Shown one piece after another: positions 20,887-29,510 of a stretch of 64,000 nt of DNA; the stretch's first letter is position 1; each line of letters opens with the position of its first letter. The stretch comes from a virus (Duplodnaviria > Heunggongvirae > Uroviricota > Caudoviricetes). The stretch lies in the IMG/VR virus record IMGVR_UViG_2778261375_000003; one strand, written 5' to 3'. The position numbers were made by a program, and so were the translations under genes. The notes under the pieces were generated by a model. That model was not told the DNA's origin and ran no database searches. It saw only the letters and a list, made by a program, of their open reading frames with translations.

Positions 20887-21426
20887 CTACCACCAACTGC
20901 TAGCTTTCTTCTCTCTAGCTTTTCCTTCGCTTTGCAGTAAATCTTTACTTCCTGTAGAAATATTTCTATTTGCATCAGCCTCAGACTGAATTACATCTGT
21001 CTTAGCTGCTCTCTCCTTCAACTCCTGCTCTATAAAATCGTTTTCTCGCTGGACACGAGCCGCTTTTGCTTGCAGTTCGAGCTTCATGCTTTCGAGTTGC
21101 AGCTTGCGAAGCTCATCCTCATAAGCTTGATCTCGCTTCTTGTCATTTGCTAGCTCGGCTTCTCGTTTCGCTCTACGTTCATTTTCTGCAGCAACACGCT
21201 GTTTTTCGCGTGCAGCAGCGGCAGATGCTGCTTTTTCTCTTCTAATACGTTCAGCTTGTGCTTGTTGGCGAATAAGTTCTTTTCTGGCATCCTCAGCTTG
21301 CTGCTCTTTAGCTCGCCCTTCATTTTCCGCTTGAGCAATAGCAGCAATTTGACTTTGCAACGAGTTAGCCAAGGCAGTGCCTACACTAAACGTAGAAAAG
21401 ATTAGAAATAAAATAATTTTATTCAT
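20887..21426 (-). CDS. secreted coiled-coil protein, Ala/Glu/Arg/Gln-rich
   Basis: N-terminal signal-like segment MNKIILFLIFSTFSVGTALA; remainder is low-complexity charged helix. Confidence 0.5.
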   Translation of the reverse strand: MNKIILFLIFSTFSVGTALANSLQSQIAAIAQAENEGRAKEQQAEDARKELIRQQAQAERIRREKAASAAAAREKQRVAAENERRAKREAELANDKKRDQAYEDELRKLQLESMKLELQAKAARVQRENDFIEQELKERAAKTDVIQSEADANRNISTGSKDLLQSEGKAREKKASSWW

Positions 21427-21429
21427 AAA

Positions 21430-21951
21430 TTATTTCTTTTCTGGACAAGTAGCATTTGGCTGAATTCGAGTTTCATTATCTTTAGTTGAAATAAGCACAG
21501 CAAGCCCCGTTGTAAACTGGCATGCTTTACCAACTTGAGTTGAAGTGAACACCTTAGTTCCTTCTTTATAAGTCAGTGAAACACCTTCAACAATTGTTTT
21601 ATCACTAACCAAAGAACCAGCCGCTGCACCAAGAGCCGCACCACCAGTACCGCCAGCTACAGCACCCAGTGTCGATGTGCCTTTAACATTATAACCGGCA
21701 ACGCCCCCAGCAACAGCTCCCAGTACCGCACCAAATGTCTGTGCCGCTTCTTTATTAGCTTTATTATCAACTTTCACTTTAGCTGGAAGCACAGAGATAA
21801 TATTGACTGTCTTTGTTTCCTGCTTCGAATTCAATTGAGCGGTATCATAAACATCGGCAGCATAATCAGCACCGCTAGATTGACACCCAGAAAGAAGAAT
21901 TGCAGATACAACAAGAGCGCATAAAGTATACTTTTTAGACATAAGAATCAT
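21430..21951 (-). CDS. glycine-zipper lipoprotein
   Basis: Lipobox-like LLSGC near the N-terminus; GxxxG-rich segment GAVLGAVAGGVAGY...GAVAGGTGGAALGAAAG. Confidence 0.55.
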   Translation of the reverse strand: MILMSKKYTLCALVVSAILLSGCQSSGADYAADVYDTAQLNSKQETKTVNIISVLPAKVKVDNKANKEAAQTFGAVLGAVAGGVAGYNVKGTSTLGAVAGGTGGAALGAAAGSLVSDKTIVEGVSLTYKEGTKVFTSTQVGKACQFTTGLAVLISTKDNETRIQPNATCPEKK

Positions 21952-22232
21952 CCCAGAAAAACAAAAACCGGCGAGAAGTTACCACGAGAACGGAAAGTAA
22001 ACAAGAATACTCCCATTGACTTATATCAATTAATCAACTTTTTATAAGCTATCCCTAACTTATTGTGTATAGCTGAAAAGTCAGAGACAAGTTCACCATC
22101 TGCATTATTTCTTAAGTTAATAGTTTATTGCTAACTTAATTTATGTATCGACTATTGATATCCATCTTAAAGTTACAATATCCCTCTGCATTATTTTTCA
22201 TCACAAATAATATATCTATTGCACTACACTCA

Positions 22233-22249
22233 CCTGCTCTAATAAATTT
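22233..22249 (+). promoter_or_regulatory. C1-type repressor operator upstream of the icd-ant operon
   Basis: CCTGCTCTAATAAATTT, 15/17 match to the P1 C1 operator consensus ATTGCTCTAATAAATTT (consensus from memory). Confidence 0.5.
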
Positions 22250-22563
22250 GTATTTTTAAGTCACAAATGCTATCTTTTCGCATCATATTGACCTTTTAAT
22301 CGTTCAGGCTTATAGTTCCGCCGTCGTAGCAAATTCTGCGACCGGGTTTAGCAGCCTGAATGATTGTGCGGACAGCCGCAGATATCCGATATTGCGGTAT
22401 TTTTGTGTCCGTAAAACCGTGTTACGCCCAAATTATGGTGGGGCGTGATGGGGAGGCTTCGGCCTGCTGGTTTCACAATCGCCAGTCTGCTAACCCCGTC
22501 ACGTCCTGCCACCTGTTTAGCAGCGGGTAGCAGGTTGTTAAACCTGATTGTGAGGCCGTAACT

Positions 22564-22785
22564 ATGGTTAATGCCAATCCTTGCGCACGCCAAGAATTCA
22601 TCTGGCGTTTCTATTCCTGTAAAAAACACCACTATCACTTCGTCATCGCAGCAACAGAAGACGAAGCACGCTCTCAATTGCCTGATGGCCCCTGCATTTT
22701 TACTGCCCGTTTTTCAACTAACTCGCGCAATTCACTTAGTTACTGGAACCTCCCCTTCTCTGCCGACGTTCAGGGGGATTTATGA
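22564..22785 (+). CDS. icd: Icd-like small protein
   Basis: 73-aa ORF whose stop overlaps the antirepressor start (ATGA), as I recall for P1 icd-ant1. Confidence 0.4.
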   Translation: MVNANPCARQEFIWRFYSCKKHHYHFVIAATEDEARSQLPDGPCIFTARFSTNSRNSLSYWNLPFSADVQGDL

Positions 22786-23825
22786 AAAAACCTCTCGTCA
22801 CCCGTAATGAAATAGCCGAAGCGATCGCCCTGCATACAACCTGTATGCCGACACGGGAGATCCCCGGCGCAATTGCCAACTATTTCATGATAACCAGACG
22901 TTTTTATACCCGAACAGATAAGGCTGTGATCAACAAGCTACTGATAGCCGAGATCAGGGATTATTTGATTGAACAAGGACGTCTACGTTACGCAACAGTG
23001 GCAGCAGAAATGAGAAAGGAGGCGCGCAGAATGACCGGTAATAATTTGAATGTTGAAAAACCAGCACCTGTTGCTTCAGCTACGCCATCACCAGCTGTGA
23101 ATGTTATCTCCAACACTGGAGACACAATCGACAGCCAGACACTGTTAAAGATGGTCAATGAAGCTCGTAAGTTATGTGGGGAACCAGAGGTTCGGAACAA
23201 CAAATTCATCGAAAAAATACTCGACGAATTAGAAGGTGAGGACGGTTACACAAAAAGTGCAACCGTGCCGCCAGGTGGCGGTACGCCTATGGTTGTCATA
23301 ACCATGACCTACAAACAAGCCCTGCGAGTCGCCGCACGCGAATCAAAAGCCGTCCGCCGTTCGCTGATCGACAAACTGGAAGAATTGCAGCAGGCAAACT
23401 CCCCTGCCCCATCGATCCCCCAAACATTACCAGAAGCTCTACGCCTGGCTGCCGAGTTGGCAGAACAGAAAATGCAGCTGGAACAACAGCTGGTGGCCGC
23501 CGCTCCTAAAGTCGATTTTGCCGACCGGGTATCAGTGGCTAATGGAATCCTGATCGGGAACTTTGCAAAGGTCGTTGGACTTAAGCAAAACGCCCTTTTC
23601 TCATGGTTGCGCCAGAACGGCATTCTCATGGCTTTTGGTGCGCGCAAAAACGTACCGCGCCAACAGTACATCAACGCCGGGTATTTCACGGTGAAAGAAG
23701 TGGTGCTGGATGATGAAAATGGCTACCAGATACGGCTGACGCCCCAATTAACGGGTAAAGGCCAGCAGTGGTTAACTCGCAAGCTACTTGATGCTGGTTT
23801 GTTAAAACCAGTAGCAATAGGTTAA
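22782..23825 (+). CDS. ant1: antirepressor with KilA-C-like C-terminal domain
   Basis: C-terminal PEALRLAAELAEQK...YFT...TGKGQQWL block is repeated in the next gene; typical phage antirepressor architecture. Confidence 0.6.
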   Translation: MKKPLVTRNEIAEAIALHTTCMPTREIPGAIANYFMITRRFYTRTDKAVINKLLIAEIRDYLIEQGRLRYATVAAEMRKEARRMTGNNLNVEKPAPVASATPSPAVNVISNTGDTIDSQTLLKMVNEARKLCGEPEVRNNKFIEKILDELEGEDGYTKSATVPPGGGTPMVVITMTYKQALRVAARESKAVRRSLIDKLEELQQANSPAPSIPQTLPEALRLAAELAEQKMQLEQQLVAAAPKVDFADRVSVANGILIGNFAKVVGLKQNALFSWLRQNGILMAFGARKNVPRQQYINAGYFTVKEVVLDDENGYQIRLTPQLTGKGQQWLTRKLLDAGLLKPVAIG

Positions 23826-23903
23826 CAAAAGAAAAAAACCTGCCAGCAAACTGGCAGGTTTCTGAGCAGATCGACCAACCCGATCTGGATCGAGTTAGAA
23901 AAA

Positions 23904-23920
23904 TTTGCTCTAATAAATTT
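23904..23920 (+). promoter_or_regulatory. C1-type operator upstream of kilA-repL
   Basis: TTTGCTCTAATAAATTT, 16/17 match, 70 bp upstream of the kilA start. Confidence 0.55.
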
Positions 23921-23989
23921 CGTTTTCTAAGTGCAAAGAATCACCATTTCGAGCTGGTGATTGAAGGTTGATGCAAATTTGGAGAAAAA

Positions 23990-24790
23990 ATGCAACAAAC
24001 ATTCAATGCGGATATGAATATATCAAACCTTCATCAAAATGTCGATCCTTCAACCACTCTGCCTGTTATTTGTGGTGTTGAAATTACGACCGACCGCGCT
24101 GGCCGTTACAACCTTAATGCTCTACACAGAGCGAGCGGACTCGGTGCCCATAAAGCGCCAGCTCAATGGCTAAGAACGCTGTCAGCCAAACAGCTCATCG
24201 AAGAGCTTGAAAAAGAAACTATGCAGAATTGCATAGTTTCGTTCGAAGGCCGTGGCGGCGGCACTTTTGCCCATGAATTGCTCGCTGTGGAGTACGCAGG
24301 CTGGATTTCTCCCGCATTTCGGCTGAAGGTAAACCAGACATTTATCGACTATCGAGCCGGAAGATTACAACCAGCTATTCCGCAGAGTCTCCCTGAAGCT
24401 CTCCGTTTGGCTGCCGACCTGGCAGAGCAAAAGCAACGGCTGGAGCAAAAAATGCTTATGGATGCACCTAAAGTCGAATTCGCCGAACGCGTTGCTACCG
24501 CTAGCGGGGTTCTAATCGGCAACTATGCCAAAGTGCTCGGCCTGGGCCAAAACTATCTCTTCACCTGGTTGCGTGATAACGGAATTCTGATCGCAACCGG
24601 TGAACGCAGGAACGTCCCCAAACAAGAATACATATCTCGTGGGTATTTCACCCTTAAAGAAACCGTGATCGATACAAGCAATGGAAGCAGGATTTCTTTC
24701 ACGACTCGTATAACCGGCAAAGGTCAGCAGTGGCTGATGAAGCGATTGCTTGATGCTGGTGTGCTGGTACCTGTCGCGGCAACGCGCTAA
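23990..24790 (+). CDS. kilA: KilA protein (KilA-N plus KilA-C domains)
   Basis: 266 aa; N-terminal KilA-N/AntA-like region and C-terminal block shared with the upstream antirepressor; precedes repL. Confidence 0.6.
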   Translation: MQQTFNADMNISNLHQNVDPSTTLPVICGVEITTDRAGRYNLNALHRASGLGAHKAPAQWLRTLSAKQLIEELEKETMQNCIVSFEGRGGGTFAHELLAVEYAGWISPAFRLKVNQTFIDYRAGRLQPAIPQSLPEALRLAADLAEQKQRLEQKMLMDAPKVEFAERVATASGVLIGNYAKVLGLGQNYLFTWLRDNGILIATGERRNVPKQEYISRGYFTLKETVIDTSNGSRISFTTRITGKGQQWLMKRLLDAGVLVPVAATR

Positions 24791-24819
24791 CAGACGTAGT
24801 AAGAACCACCAGCATTGTA

Positions 24820-25665
24820 ATGCTGGCTAAAGTCACTTTCCTGAGCTGTATAACGATGAGCGATTTTACTTTTTCTGGCTATGAATTGGCCTGCTTTGTA
24901 ACACACTCCGGTCTATCCCGTAGCGCCGGGCATATCCTGTCGCAATGTGCAAATCTCGCGGCAACAACCAGTGAATACTTCATTCACAAGCCTCACCGCC
25001 TGATCGCGGCAGAAACTGGTTATAGCCAATCAACCGTCGTTCGTGCATTCCGTGAAGCTGTAAACAAAGGAATTCTGTCTGTAGAGATTGTTATCGGCGA
25101 TCACCGTGAACGTCGCGCTAACCTGTACCGGTTTACACCATCCTTTTTGGCCTTCGCACAACAAGCCAAAAATGCGCTGATAGAAAGCAAATTAAAGATC
25201 TCTTCAGCGGCAACCAAGGTTAAAGCTGTTCTCGCTAAGACATTGGCTTTATTTAATTTTTTATCCACACCCCCATGTCAAAATGATACCCCCTCCCCCT
25301 GTCAGGATGACGTGGCAATAAAGAATAAGAAGTCACAAGTTAAAAAAACAAAAAGATCAGTTTCCGGCGGTGCCGGAACGACCAGCCTCAAAAAATTGAC
25401 TTCATGGATCGCTAAGGCAAAAGCAAAGGCTGACAATCTGCGGTTATCCAAAAAACGCACTCAAAAACATGAGTTCAAGCAGAAAGTAGAGGCGGCTGCG
25501 CGGAAATATGCTTACCTGAAGAACAAGCGTTCGCCTGATATTGGCGGGATATCAAACTTCGATAACCTACCGCATTGCATGACGGTAAACGAAGCTCTTA
25601 ATGCGGTTTTAGCCAAAAATAAAGATAACGAACAATGGGGTATACCGGCAGGATTCAGAGGGTAA
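24820..25665 (+). CDS. repL: RepL-like lytic replication protein
   Basis: 281 aa with HTH-like segment AETGYSQSTVVRAFREAVNKGIL; position after kilA; true start may be an internal Met. Confidence 0.5.
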   Translation: MLAKVTFLSCITMSDFTFSGYELACFVTHSGLSRSAGHILSQCANLAATTSEYFIHKPHRLIAAETGYSQSTVVRAFREAVNKGILSVEIVIGDHRERRANLYRFTPSFLAFAQQAKNALIESKLKISSAATKVKAVLAKTLALFNFLSTPPCQNDTPSPCQDDVAIKNKKSQVKKTKRSVSGGAGTTSLKKLTSWIAKAKAKADNLRLSKKRTQKHEFKQKVEAAARKYAYLKNKRSPDIGGISNFDNLPHCMTVNEALNAVLAKNKDNEQWGIPAGFRG

Positions 25666-25833
25666 TGAATTGCTCTAATTATAACCATGCATACTTTCAA
25701 CACCTCTAGTTTGCCATGAGGCAAACTCATAGGTGTCCTGGTAAGAGGACACTGTTGCCAAAACTGGACGCCCCATTATTGCAATTAATAAACAACTAAC
25801 GGACAATTCTACCTAACAATAAGTGGAGTTAAC

Positions 25834-26538
25834 ATGTTGAACCGAAGAACATTTAATGTATTCTGCGATGAATCCTGTCACCTACTAAATGATCATAATA
25901 AAGTCATGGTATTGGGTGCGCTTTGGTGTCCCGGCACTATCACAAAAAAAATTGCTAGAGACATCAAGGAATTAAAATTAAAACACAATCTAAAACCTGA
26001 TTTCGAAATCAAGTGGACTAAAGTATCTGCGTCCAAAGTTGAATTTTACTTAGATGTCGTAGATTACTTCTTCAGCAACCCTGCATTGCGCTTTAGAGGT
26101 GTTGTTGTTCCTGATAAAGAGCAACTGGACCATGCTCGATTCCATCAAGATCATAATACTTTCTATTATAAGATGTTTTTTTATGTCTTAAAAAACATAA
26201 TAGAAAGTAACAACACATACAATATCTACCTAGATATAAAAGATACTTTAGGTATTGAAAAAATTGAGAAATTAAGAGGGGTTCTTCACAATGATCGCTA
26301 TGATTACAATCATGAGTCGATAAACAGAATTCAACATATACGATCTCATGAAGTGCAGCAATTGCAGCTAACGGATCTTTTCATTGGCGCGTTAGGCTAC
26401 GTTCATCGAGGAATGAATAGCAACGCGGGAAAAATCCAAGTCATAAACAGAATAAAATCACATACAAACAGGGAGTTACTAAAAAGTACTCTTCCAACAG
26501 AAAGTAAATTTAATATTTTCGTGTGGGAGGCTCGCTGA
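25834..26538 (+). CDS. DUF3800-like protein (N-terminal FCDES motif), AT-rich island gene 1
   Basis: 234-aa ORF with GGAG ribosome-binding site; markedly AT-rich; N-terminus FNVFCDESCH resembles the DUF3800 xDESG start (from memory). Confidence 0.55.
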   Translation: MLNRRTFNVFCDESCHLLNDHNKVMVLGALWCPGTITKKIARDIKELKLKHNLKPDFEIKWTKVSASKVEFYLDVVDYFFSNPALRFRGVVVPDKEQLDHARFHQDHNTFYYKMFFYVLKNIIESNNTYNIYLDIKDTLGIEKIEKLRGVLHNDRYDYNHESINRIQHIRSHEVQQLQLTDLFIGALGYVHRGMNSNAGKIQVINRIKSHTNRELLKSTLPTESKFNIFVWEAR

Positions 26539-27002
26539 TGCTTCAAATGCCAGATTTATTGTACTTCAATGGAAGTTGGCAAGAGTATATAGACGATGTA
26601 TATGATGTTGTTAGAGAAGATATTTTAATATCTAATATAACGTTTAAGGGTCTCCCTGTTCGATTACGTTATTCACCGGAATATAATGGGAAAGAATTCG
26701 GATTTTGGCATTTAGTATCAGAGGGAAAAATAGAAGAAGAACGTATACCCGATCTTGAACGGTGCAAGCGAATTCGCTGGATCGCGCACATGATAAGGAA
26801 TTATAACCATTGCGATATATCATGTTGGTCTGAAAGACGAGGACCAACTGAAGAGTGGGTAATCTGGAATGAGTGTGAAAACTACGTTGTTGTGCTATCC
26901 GCACGTAGAGACTATTGGCTTCTCAAAACAGCCTATGTTGTAACCTATGACAGTAAAATCAGAACACTCAAACAAAGCAGAAAAAGAGCACTTGGGACAT
27001 AA
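26538..27002 (+). CDS. hypothetical protein, AT-rich island gene 2
   Basis: Start taken at ATG 26538, overlapping the upstream stop as TGATG, with GGGAGG ribosome-binding site; Cys/His-containing; no motif I can name. Confidence 0.5.
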   Translation: MLQMPDLLYFNGSWQEYIDDVYDVVREDILISNITFKGLPVRLRYSPEYNGKEFGFWHLVSEGKIEEERIPDLERCKRIRWIAHMIRNYNHCDISCWSERRGPTEEWVIWNECENYVVVLSARRDYWLLKTAYVVTYDSKIRTLKQSRKRALGT

Positions 27003-27167
27003 AAAGCTGAACCCGACACATATTGCTATGTATCGGGTTCGATCGCTCTTTCTACACATGGTAGATGAGTAATGCAAATCTAACCGATCTACTTTAGCTT
27101 TTCAATAGCTAGCTATAACTTTCCGCACATATTCTTCTGATAATTCCGGGAGAGCGGTTGGGTTTTT

Positions 27168-27464
27168 TCATGCTTTTCTGCGCAGAGAAGCACACTTATT
27201 CAGCAATAATAAGTGCAATTCTTTGTTATCACTAAGTATTTCTACACACCAATATCGTAACGTGTTCACTTCAAGTGTAGCCAGCACCTTATGTCGAAAA
27301 GCCCCCTCCCCTACACATAACGATGGCTGACATTCTGCTAAGGCACATAACCATGTATTGGCATCATAGAGAATCCAATAATGCTCCTCGGAAATAGTTT
27401 TGCATCCAATTATTTCGAATCTTCGTTCTATCGTTTCAGGAGAGTATGAAAAATCAATTTCCAT
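27168..27464 (-). CDS. hypothetical small protein convergent on the island
   Basis: 98-aa AT-rich ORF on the opposite strand, between the island and the structural-operon terminator. Confidence 0.35.
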   Translation of the reverse strand: MEIDFSYSPETIERRFEIIGCKTISEEHYWILYDANTWLCALAECQPSLCVGEGAFRHKVLATLEVNTLRYWCVEILSDNKELHLLLLNKCASLRRKA

Positions 27465-27504
27465 AATATGCTCAAAATTTCGCTATATTGACATGATTTA
27501 AGCA

Positions 27505-27529
27505 CAAAAAAGCTCCCGAAGGAGCTTTA
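27505..27529 (-). terminator. rho-independent terminator of the structural operon
   Basis: Hairpin AGCTCC-CGAA-GGAGCT with a T-run on the minus strand, just downstream of the gene ending at 27548. Confidence 0.55.
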
Positions 27530-27547
27530 AAATACAAGGGATGACTC

Positions 27548-28057
27548 TTAATCCCACTCAATCCAGTTGTAGACGATACGAAGTGACGGGCGCACAGCGG
27601 CAGTCACATCTTCGGTACTAAAGTCGATTGCATCACTGTAGATTTTGCAGTCCAACATTTCAATTGTTGTAGCAGCTTTTGTCACAGCGTTAACCCCGGA
27701 AGATTTGGATTCAGGGGTCGCAGCCATCGTGATATCAACATAGTCCTTCGCCGCAATGCGATCTTTAATGAACTGAAGAATATCGCCTTCGATAGTCTCC
27801 ACGCACTGGACCTGGATTTCCCCAGAGTTTCGAATTGGACCGTGCTGGTTGAACTTCACACCATTCGGACCATAGTCCTCCACATCCTCGCGGGTCATTT
27901 CAGGAATTTGCGACGTGCGAACCAGTACGCTGATATCTTCATGGCCTGCAAAAGTGAGCTGGAATTCAGAAGATACCAGTCGTTCGCCTTTGGCCGCGTT
28001 GGCAGTATAGCGGCCCTTAATAAATTTACGGTTTCCCTTAGTGTTATTGTGCCCCAT
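27548..28057 (-). CDS. structural protein (tail tube-like size)
   Basis: 169-aa ORF ending the minus-strand structural operon. Confidence 0.4.
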   Translation of the reverse strand: MGHNNTKGNRKFIKGRYTANAAKGERLVSSEFQLTFAGHEDISVLVRTSQIPEMTREDVEDYGPNGVKFNQHGPIRNSGEIQVQCVETIEGDILQFIKDRIAAKDYVDITMAATPESKSSGVNAVTKAATTIEMLDCKIYSDAIDFSTEDVTAAVRPSLRIVYNWIEWD

Positions 28058-28068
28058 ATAAAATCCTT

Positions 28069-28650
28069 TTACTGGAACGCCCGAACAATATCGGAGCTGT
28101 TATATATCGAAGAACCGGTCAACTGGAGGTTGACGGTGTTTTTCAGGAAATGCCCATTGCTGTCCCTGGGCGCATCGAGATCGAAACTTATGTCCTGGAT
28201 AGCGACATCAATGATGTTGATCCGGCGACCAATGTTTAGCGTCACACGCTCCGGGATTCGACCACCAATGCTGGCATCTTTAAGTTCCGGGCTAATCATC
28301 GCTGACAATGCGGCGATAGCTCCTGAAACCTCAGTGAATGGGTCAAACAAAGCGATGAAAGTTACTGGCAGCGTGAAAGTCGGCGGTGTTCCCCCCTCCC
28401 AAACCATTAAGCTGTTCCAACGGGCCACCGACGTTGTTTCAGTACCAACCTGCGCAAAACCACTGAAAGCACCAGCAACAGACCCCATGGACATACCGGT
28501 AAACGGCGCTTCCCAATTCTGGGCCATGTTCATTGCTGCCCCCTGGCTGATATATCCGGTAACCTGGTACTGAGAGTTCGTTAAAGTAACTTTCAGAAAT
28601 GGCGATACACCGTCAGCCTGGCTGTAAACCCCATAAGGTATAGGTGCCAT
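28069..28650 (-). CDS. structural protein, function unknown
   Basis: 193-aa ORF in the structural operon. Confidence 0.4.
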   Translation of the reverse strand: MAPIPYGVYSQADGVSPFLKVTLTNSQYQVTGYISQGAAMNMAQNWEAPFTGMSMGSVAGAFSGFAQVGTETTSVARWNSLMVWEGGTPPTFTLPVTFIALFDPFTEVSGAIAALSAMISPELKDASIGGRIPERVTLNIGRRINIIDVAIQDISFDLDAPRDSNGHFLKNTVNLQLTGSSIYNSSDIVRAFQ

Positions 28651-28685
28651 TCAAGTTAAAGGCCGGAGTTCTCCGGCCTCCTCCT

Positions 28686-29501
28686 TTAGCCAAGGCGCTT
28701 ACGGCGCAGTTTCATTGACTTTTTGCGGGCAAGTTTTGCCGCGCCGGTCTGGGCTTTTCGACGCGCTTTTTTCAGCGCCGATTTTTGAGCCGCAGTCAGA
28801 CGTTTTTTACGCAGGCGTTTACGGATGAGTTTGATCTCACCGTTACGAACAACCTTCTTAAATGCTTCAGTCAGCATTTCATCAGAAGTGCCAGCAACAA
28901 CAAACGCCGCTTCCAGTTCGTCGCGGTCGTCGCTATCTAAACCAGCGATAGAGGCACCAACATCAGCAGCTGCGTCGTCGTCTTCATCGTCAGCCAGTGC
29001 TTCGATCAGGTCATCATCTACACCGCATGCTGCGAGGAAGTCAGCAACATTTGCCCATGCTTCGTTATAGGCATCGTCCTGTTCTTCTGTAACTTCGGAG
29101 TCGTCGTCATCAGAGATACCAGCGATAGCCTGAACGAAACCATCAAGGGAGTCGAAAGTCAGATCACCGCTATCAGCCCAGGAGAAAACGGCGTCGGCCG
29201 CATCACTCAACGCATTCTGCATAGCACTTCGATTTGCAGCTTCCAGAATCATCTGGTGCGCCTGTTCGACGGTCCATTCTTTACCGTCTTTCCCTTCCAG
29301 GATTTGCTCTGGAGCCGGGGCAGATGGAACGTTATCGTTAGTCTGTGCCGCCGGTTCCGGATTATTATTAATAACCGGATCTGTTGGCGGTTCGGCGCTT
29401 GCTCGGGCAGACTCCATCAGCTGCACAGGATCAGAGTTCAAAGCGAAACGGGACAGTCCATTCCCCAAAAATGCCCCGGATTGAAAAAAGTTTTTGCTCA
29501 T
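28686..29501 (-). CDS. hypothetical protein with acidic core and basic C-terminal tail
   Basis: 271 aa; Asp/Glu-rich centre and Lys/Arg-rich C-terminus. Confidence 0.4.
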   Translation of the reverse strand: MSKNFFQSGAFLGNGLSRFALNSDPVQLMESARASAEPPTDPVINNNPEPAAQTNDNVPSAPAPEQILEGKDGKEWTVEQAHQMILEAANRSAMQNALSDAADAVFSWADSGDLTFDSLDGFVQAIAGISDDDDSEVTEEQDDAYNEAWANVADFLAACGVDDDLIEALADDEDDDAAADVGASIAGLDSDDRDELEAAFVVAGTSDEMLTEAFKKVVRNGEIKLIRKRLRKKRLTAAQKSALKKARRKAQTGAAKLARKKSMKLRRKRLG

Positions 29502-29510
29502 TGTATTCCC

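Noticed and set aside
25834-27002. Toxin-antitoxin pair interpretation of the AT-rich island
   Set aside because: Not excluded, but neither protein shows a recognisable toxin or antitoxin DNA-binding motif by eye, and gene sizes (234/154 aa) are large for type II TA; kept as an unassigned candidate.
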